60,729 nucleotides of DNA from a virus. Taxonomy: Duplodnaviria > Caudoviricetes. Numbering within the stretch: position 1 is the first letter of the stretch; the number at the start of each line of letters is the position of its first letter. The stretch lies in the IMG/VR virus record IMGVR_UViG_3300036760_000452, positions 1-60,729 of that record; one strand, 5' to 3'. Positions 1 through 8,206 of this stretch are shown here, piece by piece. Both the position numbers and the translations under genes were made by a program. Under the pieces are notes generated by a model. It was not told the DNA's origin, did no database searches, and saw only the letters and a program-made list of their open reading frames with translations.

Positions 1-127
1 CCCGTCCCGCCACACCCGCTCGTGTAGAACGCGTACGACACCAGCACGGCACCGAGGACGATCCCCGCCGCCATGCGCCACCTGTCCTGCTTGCGCCTCC
101 CGATCGTTCGTCTCGTCATGCTACCCC
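1..127 (+). repeat. Terminal overlap identical to 60603-60729 (assembly circularisation)
   Basis: Exact 127-nt identity; 127 is a common assembler k-mer; lies inside a CDS. Confidence 0.95.
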
Positions 128-628
128 TCTGGCCTTTTCGGCCTCTTCGCGCTCGCGTAGTTTCGCGAGATGCTCTATTGCCCTCGCAGAGAGCCTCTGC
201 ACGTAGGCGAGAAGATCCTCGCCCGGCTTGCGTGGGTGCGTCTCGACCGTCTCCTCGTACACGAGCCGTTCCGTCACGTCGGCGAACCTGTCGTCGCGCG
301 CCGGCATCAGCCCACGACCCTCGATACTGTCGAGGTACTCACGGAGCGAAACGTCCGGTTTCACGCCCCTGATGAACGCCTCGCCGATCTGGTTTCGGTT
401 CCGAAGCGTCTCGCGACTCAAGCGCAGGAGCAGCGATGGCGGAGGGAAGAGCGCCTCGTGCTCGAGCACGTACTCGCACGCCCACACGAAGCTAGCGTCG
501 TCGACGTGCCTCGCTAGGATCTTGTGGTAGGTCGAGATCATGTCCGTCGTGACCTTGCGCCGGAACACGGCGGCCAGGCCGTGAAGTTGGACGGAGACGG
601 TCTCGATCAGCATCGCCACCGATTTCAC
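116..628 (-). CDS. Putative helicase loader/inhibitor (G39P-like) replication protein
   Basis: Directly downstream of the initiator with GTGA overlap; helical N-terminal part ending FPPPSLL, as in phage loader proteins. Confidence 0.45.
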   Translation of the reverse strand: MKSVAMLIETVSVQLHGLAAVFRRKVTTDMISTYHKILARHVDDASFVWACEYVLEHEALFPPPSLLLRLSRETLRNRNQIGEAFIRGVKPDVSLREYLDSIEGRGLMPARDDRFADVTERLVYEETVETHPRKPGEDLLAYVQRLSARAIEHLAKLREREEAEKARGVA

Positions 629-1680
629 TCCTTGAGCCGCGGAAGTACCATAGCAAAGCCCACGTCAGCTTTCAAGTGCTTTTCTTCGACCGGGGTTTCA
701 TCCGGGTGTTCCTCGTAGTACCGGCGCACGGCCTCTTCGCCGGCGCGCTTGTTCTTGGCCTCGAGCTCGTCGCGCGGCGCCCCGGCGGCGCCCACGGGCG
801 GCCCGTCCTCGGAGAGCGCAGCGCGCTGGAGCTTCTCGATCCGATCCCGCCCCTTGTGGACGAACAGGTTCTCGAACCCGAGGTACGCAGTGCCCTTCTC
901 CGAGCCGTTGAACAGCGGGTCGCGCAGCGCGCCCTCGACCGCCAAGCACAGCCCGCGGACCTTGGACGCCATGTCTCCTGGCTCTTCCCGGAGTCTGGTT
1001 ATGAGACGCCTTCGGCGCTCCTCCGTCCACTGCGCCCGGACCTGGTTCGTCTTCAGGCGCCAGAAGTCGAAAACGAGGTGCGCACCCTGAGACTCGTTCA
1101 GGCTCCTTGCGGAAGCCGGTACGTCGGTCGCTCTGACGATCGCAGGCTGAACGACCGCTACCCCCGTCCCGACGTCAGTCGGGACAGATCCGTTGTTCGT
1201 TGTTTCCGTTGTTGTAGTAGGAGTAGAAGAAGGAGACGGAGAAGAAGGGGACCTACGGCCGTAGGTCCTTCGAGCGCTATCGATGGTATCCTTGCTACCG
1301 TCCTTGTCTTGAGCCTTTTTGCGAGGAACATTAGGGTTTCTCGCACTCATGGCTCCAAAAGCTCCGCGCTTTTCCCTCAAGGTTTCATCACGAACCTGAC
1401 GCCTGCTGAAGATAATTCCTTCGGAATTTTTTGAAAAAACGTTGTGATTTTCCAGCTCTGCCAGTAGCCTCCCGACGATCGTTTTGGAGCTTCCGACCAT
1501 CTTCGCTAGCTCCTCCGTGGAGATGCCGTGGCCATTCGTGGCGAGGTGCCCGTAGGGATCGCCCTGGTGTGTGAAGCACAGGATGTCGGCCCACAGACCG
1601 CGGGCGGCGAGGGACGACGCGCGCAGGCCGATGTCCTCGAGCCAGTCCCCGGGGTAAAACTGGAAGGACGGGCGCTTCAC
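625..1680 (-). CDS. Phage replication initiator (DUF1376/YdaU-like N-terminus)
   Basis: Begins KRPSFQFYPGDWL..SLAARGLW; central SPSPSS/TTTT low-complexity linker typical of lambda-O-type initiators. Confidence 0.75.
   Translation of the reverse strand: MKRPSFQFYPGDWLEDIGLRASSLAARGLWADILCFTHQGDPYGHLATNGHGISTEELAKMVGSSKTIVGRLLAELENHNVFSKNSEGIIFSRRQVRDETLREKRGAFGAMSARNPNVPRKKAQDKDGSKDTIDSARRTYGRRSPSSPSPSSTPTTTTETTNNGSVPTDVGTGVAVVQPAIVRATDVPASARSLNESQGAHLVFDFWRLKTNQVRAQWTEERRRRLITRLREEPGDMASKVRGLCLAVEGALRDPLFNGSEKGTAYLGFENLFVHKGRDRIEKLQRAALSEDGPPVGAAGAPRDELEAKNKRAGEEAVRRYYEEHPDETPVEEKHLKADVGFAMVLPRLKE
647..675 (-). promoter_or_regulatory. sigma70-like promoter TTGAAA-17-TATGGT with 14-bp box at 657-670
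   Basis: Inside the 3' end of rep, upstream of the AAGGA RBS of 116..628; box AGCCCACGTCAGCT on the plus strand. Confidence 0.6.
1200..1330. other. Putative replication origin inside the initiator gene
   Basis: Perfect 20-bp palindrome GGACCTACGGCCGTAGGTCC (1249-1268), repeated AAGGAY on the minus strand, purine tract, locally lower GC. Confidence 0.4.
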
Positions 1681-1979
1681 TCGGCCACCTTCGCGAGCCC
1701 AGCGCGCTCGAGAGATGCCAGTGCGGCTGGTAGGGCGTCATCGCGCAGCGTGAGCGCCCAGGCGAGTTCTTTGGGCCCAGACGCCTTTACGACGCCGTCT
1801 CCGCCCTCCGTCGCGTTGTCCGTGGCGAGCAGCAGCAGGCCGACGTAGGCCATGCGCGCCTCGAGCGGCAGGTCTCGGAAGTGAAAGTCCTGGATCAGGC
1901 TCCGCGGCAGCTTCACCCACGGTGGCCGACGGTCTCCGTAGTGCTGGAACCTTTCGAACCCTTGCAGGAGGATCTTCAT
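1677..1979 (-). CDS. Stand-alone replication-initiator-like N-terminal (wHTH) domain protein
   Basis: FERFQHYGDRRPPWVKL..LIQDFHFRDLP resembles the FQHYKDR.PPWIKL start of phage replisome organisers. Confidence 0.55.
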   Translation of the reverse strand: MKILLQGFERFQHYGDRRPPWVKLPRSLIQDFHFRDLPLEARMAYVGLLLLATDNATEGGDGVVKASGPKELAWALTLRDDALPAALASLERAGLAKVAE

Positions 1980-1983
1980 GGTG

Positions 1984-2110
1984 CTAGCTCTCAGCTAGCG
2001 TCCCCAGAGAAGGCCCGACGAGGCGGCAGCCGGTGGTGAGCCGGCGTTTCCTCGGGCGTGGACCGAGGGGAGGCACCTCCCCGCCGGGCCATCTCTGGGG
2101 ACGCCGGCTC
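1984..2110 (-). ncRNA. Structured intergenic RNA between recT-like and replication genes
   Basis: 13-bp perfect stem 2092-2104/1998-2010 extended by GGCCCGGCG/CGUCGGGCC; alternative 10-bp pairing 2101-2110/2038-2047. Confidence 0.45.
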
Positions 2111-3175
2111 CTACGCTCCTGGCTCCGCCCCAGGCCAGTTGCACGCCGGACAGGTCCCGAACACGTCGAAATCCTCTCCTCCGCACCGCGGGCACTTCGT
2201 CGGCTTCTCTGCCGGTGGTGTCTCCTTGCGCTTCTCGATGAGCGCACCGGTGAGGTTTGGATGCGCAGGCCTTGCGGTCCTGCGCTCTTTCTGCGGCTCC
2301 GAACCTTGCGCAACGGTGGGTGGCGAGGTCGCCTCCGGCGTCCCGTTGGGCGCCTCGGCACCCCCCTCGTCTTTGGGTTTCTGTGGCTGTGGCTCCACGA
2401 CCACAGCGGCGGTCTCGATGACCTCGGATTTGGCTGGAACGCCCAGGTTGCCCAGGATCGGGTCAGAGACGGCAGGGCCGGGTCCTACGAAGCGCTGCCC
2501 CCGTAGAGGCCCCGTGGCGGCCTGCGTCTCGGCGGAGGGGCCATCCTGCGGGCCAACGCCTCCCGCCAGGACGTCCTCGGCGATCGGCACGCCGCCGAGA
2601 GGCTCCGGAAAGTGGAACCTGGCCATGTCGCCGACCGCGCGCCACTCGAGCATGTTCGTCGGCCGGGTCTGCCACGGCCCGTCCTTCTTCCACAGCCCAG
2701 CCTTCTTCGCGTCGTCGATCGAGAACGTGCGGACGAAGCTCTGCGCGTAACCCTTGCGCTGGGCGACGCACACCCCGCGCGCAGTTCCTTCGTCGACGCT
2801 GCCCTCGCAGTAGCTCTTGAAGGTCCCCGGCACAACGAGGCCGCTGTTCTGGATGAAGCCGATCGCTGCCCAGCCGCGCCACGAGAGCACGCCGTTCACC
2901 ACGACGCAGGCCTGCAGGCCGCCCATGAGCCCCATCCCGCGCTCGAGCCCTGCCTGGATGGCGAGCGCCGCCTGCCCTTCGTTCATCCCGCGCGGCGCCA
3001 CGTTGTTCTTGACCGCGGTGCGCGCGAAGTTCATGAGGTCCTGGAGGTTCTCGAGCTCGATCCCGCGCCTACCGAGCGCGACCGACTGCGCGCGCGTGGC
3101 GACCGCCTTCACCTCGGACGGGCTCTGGACCACGATCTCCTGCGGCGTCTCTGTCTGCGGCTGTTCTTCCGACAT
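2111..3175 (-). CDS. recT: RecT/Redbeta-like ssDNA annealing protein with C-terminal Zn ribbon
   Basis: AIQAGLERGM..VVNGVLSW..FSIDDAKKAGLW.KDGPWQTRPTNML.WRA..RFHFPE.LGG; adjacent to exonuclease; CPRC/CPAC tail. Confidence 0.8.
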   Translation of the reverse strand: MSEEQPQTETPQEIVVQSPSEVKAVATRAQSVALGRRGIELENLQDLMNFARTAVKNNVAPRGMNEGQAALAIQAGLERGMGLMGGLQACVVVNGVLSWRGWAAIGFIQNSGLVVPGTFKSYCEGSVDEGTARGVCVAQRKGYAQSFVRTFSIDDAKKAGLWKKDGPWQTRPTNMLEWRAVGDMARFHFPEPLGGVPIAEDVLAGGVGPQDGPSAETQAATGPLRGQRFVGPGPAVSDPILGNLGVPAKSEVIETAAVVVEPQPQKPKDEGGAEAPNGTPEATSPPTVAQGSEPQKERRTARPAHPNLTGALIEKRKETPPAEKPTKCPRCGGEDFDVFGTCPACNWPGAEPGA

Positions 3176-3176
3176 T

Positions 3177-4064
3177 TCACCCCTCCTCTACGAACGTCCG
3201 CGTCACCCATCCCGGCAGGCCGAGGAGCTCTATCCCATCGCCCCACCCCGGCCATGAACCTGTCCGCTGCGCTTCCGCCCACGTCCGCATCGCCTTGCGG
3301 TACTGGATCCGACCCCACTCGAGCGGCTCGGAATCCGCCTCGAACACGCGGACGCAGTGCGGCGGGCTGACCTCGGCCACGATCCACACGAAGCGCCGGA
3401 ACGCCTCCCCGACCGTCGGGGCGACTGCGTCCAGGCCGTCCGAGTAGAACGCCGCCTGCAGCCAGTATCCGAGCTGGTGCGCCTGCCGCTCGAACGCGAA
3501 GCGCGTCGCGACGTTTCCGAACGACTTCAGGTCGGCGACGATCGGCCAGCTCTCCATGTGCGTGTAGCGGTCAGCGCGCCCCTTGCAGCGCACCTTGAAC
3601 TCCGGGTCGTCCCAGACGAACGTCATCTCGTTGACGCCCCTGTTCGTGAGCAGCTCGTTCACGGTCGCGTTGGCGCGCGCTGAGGCGCGGATCGCGTCGA
3701 TCGCCTCCATCTGCTCCTCGTCGAGGATCATCCTGCCCTTCGCGAGCTCCTCGTACTGCGCCCACGCCTTCTTGCCTTCCTTGAAGCGGCGGTCGACTTT
3801 CGGTGCCACGACCGTCTCCGCGTCGAGACGGTGCGGCTCGAAGATCGCCAGGTGGAGCGCGAGACCGAAGCTCTTCGCGTCGGATTCCTTCTCGTGCGTG
3901 AGCGCGTAGCGCGCGTGCGCCGGCGTCGCGCCGCCGTGAAAGTGCTTCAGCTTCGAGTAGTTGAGAAACGGCAGCATGGCGTACTCGGGGAACGGCACGC
4001 CCGAGTAGACGCCAGGCGGAATCTCAGCGGGGGGTATCCCCTTGATGCTCGCCCACGTTTGCAT
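3177..4064 (-). CDS. RecE/exonuclease VIII-like PD-(D/E)XK nuclease (DUF3799-like)
   Basis: LNYSKLK..FGLALHLAIFEP..CKGRAD..IVADLKS..YWLQAAFY motifs. Confidence 0.85.
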   Translation of the reverse strand: MQTWASIKGIPPAEIPPGVYSGVPFPEYAMLPFLNYSKLKHFHGGATPAHARYALTHEKESDAKSFGLALHLAIFEPHRLDAETVVAPKVDRRFKEGKKAWAQYEELAKGRMILDEEQMEAIDAIRASARANATVNELLTNRGVNEMTFVWDDPEFKVRCKGRADRYTHMESWPIVADLKSFGNVATRFAFERQAHQLGYWLQAAFYSDGLDAVAPTVGEAFRRFVWIVAEVSPPHCVRVFEADSEPLEWGRIQYRKAMRTWAEAQRTGSWPGWGDGIELLGLPGWVTRTFVEEG

Positions 4065-4190
4065 TCACCACCTCCTGATCCGGCCAGTTCCACGGCTCTT
4101 CCGCCTCTGTCTTGCGCCGCTCTCCGCGCCCGATCGCCTTCATGTTGAGAGCCTCGTCCTCGGGCAGGAAAAGGTTCGGCAGCAGCCGCA

Positions 4191-4427
4191 CTAGACCTTC
4201 GTCTCGTCGAGCTTGTGGTCGCCACACCAGTCGTTTTCGAACACGGCCGGATAGCCGCTCATCGTCGGCGCGTGGCGGCGACATCGTCCGAGGTTCAGCC
4301 CGGTCCGGTTCGGTGGGGCTCCAGTAGTCGGCGCCGCGCCCGGGACCTTCACCACGAACCACATGCACGAGGCGCAGCGCATCCCTACGGAGCGGTGCGC
4401 CCACGGATCAGCAGCCATCTCAGGCAT
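4191..4427 (-). CDS. Small Cys/His metal-binding phage protein
   Basis: CASC..GRCRRHAP..WCGDH; GGAGG RBS. Confidence 0.65.
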   Translation of the reverse strand: MPEMAADPWAHRSVGMRCASCMWFVVKVPGAAPTTGAPPNRTGLNLGRCRRHAPTMSGYPAVFENDWCGDHKLDETKV

Positions 4428-4659
4428 TCGGTCCTCCAATGGCGCGGTTCGCGAGCCGTACCTGGCCGCGCCGCGCGATGAGTTCGGTCGCCTCACGCAG
4501 CGGCACGAAGAAGCGCCGGCGCCCGTGCCACTTCCGGACCTCGACCCCGTGCTTGTCGAGCCGGATCCAGCAGAGGAAGCGCGCGCCGTCACCGCCGCCC
4601 AGGTCCACGCCTCTCACGAGGATCGTCTTGCCCGTGCCCTGCTTCTCGGGAGTAGCCAC
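4420..4659 (-). CDS. Hypothetical protein
   Basis: Tiles between neighbours with RBS. Confidence 0.55.
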   Translation of the reverse strand: MATPEKQGTGKTILVRGVDLGGGDGARFLCWIRLDKHGVEVRKWHGRRRFFVPLREATELIARRGQVRLANRAIGGPNA

Positions 4660-4660
4660 C

Positions 4661-5188
4661 TCAGTCCTCGAGCCCGACGTATCGAGCGATGCGCGTGTAG
4701 GGCACGCGCCGGAAGACCTCGTTGTCGGTCTCCCATATCGCGCGTCCGTGCTCCTTCACGTTGCCCGACGAGCAGTGGATCACCGACTTGTCGCCGGTGA
4801 CGATTCCGACGTGGCCGATCGTCGGCCCCCGCTTGTCGCCTCGCTCCGCGAGCCCTGTGCGCTGAGCGTAGTTGTACGACGGGTAGACGATCAGGTCGCC
4901 CGGCCGCGCAGCTTCGACTGGGGGAAAAAACAGGCCGGCCGGATGGCGGGTGTCGGCCACGATCGCGTCGGTGTTCATCCAGCGGTGGCCGATGGCCGCC
5001 TGCAGAAAGGCCAGCGTCGGCTGGTAGCGAACGATGCCGAGCGCCCAGCACACGAACCCGGAGCAGTCGCACGCGCCGCTCAGGTCGTACGGGCTGAGCG
5101 CATCGTGCGGGGCGCCGGCCCCGAGGCGGTACGTGCCGATCAGCGGCTTCGCGGAACGGGCGCGTGCGAGGAGCTCAGCGCGCAGCAC
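4661..5188 (-). CDS. NlpC/P60-like peptidoglycan peptidase (candidate endolysin)
   Basis: DCSGFVCWALG catalytic Cys, PGDLIVY, GHVGIV catalytic His, VIHCSS. Confidence 0.8.
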   Translation of the reverse strand: MLRAELLARARSAKPLIGTYRLGAGAPHDALSPYDLSGACDCSGFVCWALGIVRYQPTLAFLQAAIGHRWMNTDAIVADTRHPAGLFFPPVEAARPGDLIVYPSYNYAQRTGLAERGDKRGPTIGHVGIVTGDKSVIHCSSGNVKEHGRAIWETDNEVFRRVPYTRIARYVGLED

Positions 5189-5375
5189 GGGAGCCTTTTC
5201 CAGCCAGGCGCCGCTTCATTTCCTTCTTCCGCTCTGCCACGGTCAGGTGCTCCCACGGGCTCGACGCGGCGTGCGACGCGGCTTGGCTCCGCTCTTCTGG
5301 CGTCATCTTCGCGTAGCGCTTTCCGACCAGGATCGACGCCGCCTTGCTCGCCTGGGCGTTCGTTGTTTTCTTCAA
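5175..5375 (-). CDS. Small basic putative nucleic-acid-binding protein
   Basis: TTG start after GGAGGAG; KMTPEERSQAA..LTVAERKKE helical repeats. Confidence 0.55.
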   Translation of the reverse strand: MKKTTNAQASKAASILVGKRYAKMTPEERSQAASHAASSPWEHLTVAERKKEMKRRLAGKGSRAAR

Positions 5376-5395
5376 CTCTCCTCCGAGGTCAGTAG

Positions 5396-5492
5396 GTCCC
5401 CGAGCACCAGCCCCGGTCAAGCCTCGGGAGCGCCAGGGGGACAGTGCCGGACGGCCCCTTCTCAAAACCGCCGGCTCCGGGCGCCCGGGGAC
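5396..5492 (-). ncRNA. Structured 5' leader RNA
   Basis: 13-bp closing stem GUCCCCGGGCGCC/GGUGCUCGGGGAC with G-U pairs only on the minus strand, enclosing two internal hairpins; starts just after a promoter. Confidence 0.5.
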
Positions 5493-5498
5493 GAGACG

Positions 5499-5528
5499 AA
5501 GATACTAATGCTCGCGTAGGCTTGTCAA
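5499..5528 (-). promoter_or_regulatory. sigma70-like promoter TTGACA-18-TATCTT with box AGCCTACGCGAGCA
   Basis: Consensus -35; intergenic; box at 5509-5522. Confidence 0.7.
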
Positions 5529-5531
5529 GGA

Positions 5532-6143
5532 CTACTCGTCGCCCGGCTCTCTCCCCTCCGCCGCGGCGATCTCCTCTGCCGCGCTCGCCGGGGTGCGCTT
5601 CTTGCGCACGACGACGGGCTTCCCGGTGGCCGGGTCCTTCTCGATCACGTCTCGGCCCTCGGAGTCGGTCTCGCCGGGGGCCCCAGCCACGAGAGCGATC
5701 GTGGCGGCGCGCGCCAGCGATTTGTCGGTGATTGGCTCTTGGGCCTCCTCTGGGAGCACCCGATCCTCGAGCGGGAGCTCACGCTGCAGCTCGTCCTTCG
5801 TCCCCGGGCGCTCGGCGATGATCTGCTCCGTGTCGATGCGCGTCGTGCTCACGGTGCTCGCGTGGATCGTGTCGACGACCACGACCTCGCGCTGCTCGTG
5901 TCCGTCGTTGACCGTGTTCGCGATCCGCAGCAGCTTCCCGCCCGCGGCCATGATCTCGGCCTCGTAGAGCTTCTTCTCGTCCTTGCGCGCGGCGTTCCAG
6001 GCCTCGAGCTTCAGCTCCAGGTCGGCCTTGTTCCGCGTCCACTCGACGAGCTCGCTCTGGAGCTTGTCGATCTCCTCTACCGTCAGGTTGCACTTCAGCA
6101 TCATCGAACGGCGGCCGATCTCGTCTCCGGCTGGTAGCGACAT
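5532..6143 (-). CDS. Conserved phage coiled-coil hypothetical protein
   Basis: AAGGAGGT RBS; LKCNLT..EQREV..RIDTEQII.ER pattern seen in phage early proteins. Confidence 0.7.
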   Translation of the reverse strand: MSLPAGDEIGRRSMMLKCNLTVEEIDKLQSELVEWTRNKADLELKLEAWNAARKDEKKLYEAEIMAAGGKLLRIANTVNDGHEQREVVVVDTIHASTVSTTRIDTEQIIAERPGTKDELQRELPLEDRVLPEEAQEPITDKSLARAATIALVAGAPGETDSEGRDVIEKDPATGKPVVVRKKRTPASAAEEIAAAEGREPGDE

Positions 6144-6154
6144 CTAGACCTCCT

Positions 6155-6538
6155 TCAGTTTGAATCGCCGAGCTTCACGTCGATCTTGAGGTTCCACTTA
6201 GCAGTGGCGGTATCAGCGACCGAAGCGACGAGGCGCGTGGCGATGTCTCGTGTCTGTTTCGTGAGCTGGCGTGCCACCTCACGCTGGAGCACGTCTTTCT
6301 TGGTCGCGACCCACTCGCGTACTGACGCTTCAATGACCGCCTGGAGCTCGTTTCGGCAGACGAACTCCAAGAACGGGTAGTCCTTGTAGGACTTCGAGTC
6401 GCGGACCTTCTGCGTCAGCAGAAACTCGACCATCTCGCGGATCAAGCGCTCCTGACCCTGGAGCGCTGCCACGACCTGCGCCTGGATGATCGGCTTCAGC
6501 ACGCCCTCCGGAAGCGACACTTGCATCTCGTCTGCCAT
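6155..6538 (-). CDS. Hypothetical protein
   Basis: ORF tiling and natural composition. Confidence 0.65.
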   Translation of the reverse strand: MADEMQVSLPEGVLKPIIQAQVVAALQGQERLIREMVEFLLTQKVRDSKSYKDYPFLEFVCRNELQAVIEASVREWVATKKDVLQREVARQLTKQTRDIATRLVASVADTATAKWNLKIDVKLGDSN

Positions 6539-6554
6539 CTCAATCCCCCGATCT

Positions 6555-6812
6555 TTAGGAAACGTCTCCGCTTCCGCGCTTTTTCGAGAAGTCGCTCGCC
6601 TTAGGGCACGTCTGAAAGTGGCTCGTGTAGCGCGGGCCCGTGTAGGCCGGGTCGGTCACGCGGTAGGTCGTCGGGTTCGACGTGTCTTCGTTCTCGAGCA
6701 CGTACGTCCCGGCAGACGACGGTTCCGAGTCGAGCGGGATCTTCGCGCCGCGCCCGGTGCGGGCGAACACCATCGGGGCCCCGCAGCCGCGGCACTCGAC
6801 GGTGCGGCTCAC
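6555..6812 (-). CDS. Zn-binding phage protein
   Basis: CRGCGAPM..IPLD..SHFQTCP; GTGA overlap with upstream ORF. Confidence 0.7.
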   Translation of the reverse strand: MSRTVECRGCGAPMVFARTGRGAKIPLDSEPSSAGTYVLENEDTSNPTTYRVTDPAYTGPRYTSHFQTCPKASDFSKKRGSGDVS

Positions 6813-6928
6813 GGACGATACCCGCAGTCGAAGCACTCGACCCCGTTCCAGCCGTAGTACCCGCACGTCGGGCAGCGCGAGAAACGCGCGTGCACGAGCT
6901 TGCCCCTGCAGTAGACGAGGACGGCCAT
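6809..6928 (-). CDS. 39-aa Zn-finger microprotein (below ORF track cutoff)
   Basis: MAVLVYCRGKLVHARFSRCPTCGYYGWNGVECFDCGYRP; fills the gap with a GTGA overlap. Confidence 0.55.
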   Translation of the reverse strand: MAVLVYCRGKLVHARFSRCPTCGYYGWNGVECFDCGYRP

Positions 6929-6944
6929 CACGCGCTTCGCCACG

Positions 6945-7781
6945 CTACACCTCCCACGGGAGACGGTTCACGTCGAAGCCAGCCGCCTGCGCGTGGCCGC
7001 CACCGCCGTACCACTGCGCGACTGCGGATACGTCGAAGGGCGCCTTTGAACGCAGCGAGAACTGCCAGCGTCCGTCACCGCGGCGGAAGTAGCCGGCGGC
7101 GAAGGCCGCGTCGGGGTGCTCCTTCAGCAGCTCGCCGACGTGCTCGCTGCAGTTCATGTACGGCAGGTTGATGCACGGGACCTTGTACCCGCCGACCGTC
7201 TCGAACGTGACCTCGGCACGCGCTTTCCTACCGTACTGCTCGATGTAGGCGAGCACCGCGGCGCCCTTCTGGGCAGCGATCCCGCACGCGATTTCCTCGG
7301 CGAGTAGGTCCCAGCTCTCGAAGTCCATCCTGACGGCCGACATCCAGGCCGCGACCTCGTGCGTCTTCGGGAGCGCCTGCGTCCAGAGGTCACGGTCCTG
7401 GACGTAGTCGACGATCGGGGGGCGCGGCTCGCCGCCAGTGAGCACGTCCCACGCGATCGCGGCGCCCGAGCGCTTCATGTCGAAGAGCGCGTAGTCGAGG
7501 CCCTCGAGCTCAGCCTCAGCCGTCTTGTGATGGTCGAGGACGATGAACGACTCCGCCGCGGCAGCCATCGCCTCGACGACGGCGCGCGGGTAGGAGAAGT
7601 CGACCATGAGCACGTGACGCCCGCGGATGTCCGAGATCAGCGGCGCCGGCTTCCCGTAGGTCGCGAAGAAGTGCTCTGGGCGCGCGTCGTGGCCGCCTGG
7701 ACGCCAGTGCTTGTCCGCGATCCACGACGCGGTGAAGCCATCGAAGCAACCCGCATGTGACACGACGAGAGGTTTACTCAC
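6945..7781 (-). CDS. DHH/DHHA1 phosphoesterase (nanoRNase-like)
   Basis: HAGCFDG, DFSY, LDHHKT, SGA, QDRDLW, SLRS, GGGGHAQAAGF. Confidence 0.9.
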   Translation of the reverse strand: MSKPLVVSHAGCFDGFTASWIADKHWRPGGHDARPEHFFATYGKPAPLISDIRGRHVLMVDFSYPRAVVEAMAAAAESFIVLDHHKTAEAELEGLDYALFDMKRSGAAIAWDVLTGGEPRPPIVDYVQDRDLWTQALPKTHEVAAWMSAVRMDFESWDLLAEEIACGIAAQKGAAVLAYIEQYGRKARAEVTFETVGGYKVPCINLPYMNCSEHVGELLKEHPDAAFAAGYFRRGDGRWQFSLRSKAPFDVSAVAQWYGGGGHAQAAGFDVNRLPWEV

Positions 7782-8206
7782 GGATTCACCTTTGTCCTTT
7801 TCCAGAGGCGCTGGCGCTCGCGCCACTCGTAGTCCGTTAGGCCGTTCCTGCCCGGATAGCGCATTAGCGCCTGAAACTCGATGCAAGCTCTTGCTGGACG
7901 CGCCTTCACAATCAGGTAGGGTGCGAGCTGCTTCAGCAGTGTCGCGGCTTGGCGACTCCACACGGTCCATACCCACGCAGGTTTGCGCAGATAACCCACC
8001 TTCCTCGAGTTGACCTGTCCAAGGCCAGAGACGCGTCGCGCGTAGTCCAGCGGAGAGCGATCAGTCATGGAGACCACGATCATGACTCGGTAGCAGACGC
8101 CACGTTTGCACTGTTTCGCGTTCGAGTTAGAAATGGCCCGCGTGACGCCAACGTATGCTTCCCCGTCGATCAGTCCGGCCAGATAGGCTCGTTCTGTAGG
8201 TTTCAT
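7778..8206 (-). CDS. Free-standing LAGLIDADG homing endonuclease
   Basis: AYLAGLIDGEAYV..LAPYLIVK; lower GC than flanks; 4-nt overlaps on both sides. Confidence 0.85.
   Translation of the reverse strand: MKPTERAYLAGLIDGEAYVGVTRAISNSNAKQCKRGVCYRVMIVVSMTDRSPLDYARRVSGLGQVNSRKVGYLRKPAWVWTVWSRQAATLLKQLAPYLIVKARPARACIEFQALMRYPGRNGLTDYEWRERQRLWKRTKVNP

Noticed and set aside
5396-5492. tRNA gene
   Set aside because: No TTCGA T-loop, D-loop or CCA end; stem lengths do not fit a cloverleaf
7778-8206. Group I intron or intein around the LAGLIDADG ORF
   Set aside because: Flanking genes are intact and overlap it directly, leaving no intron core or extein
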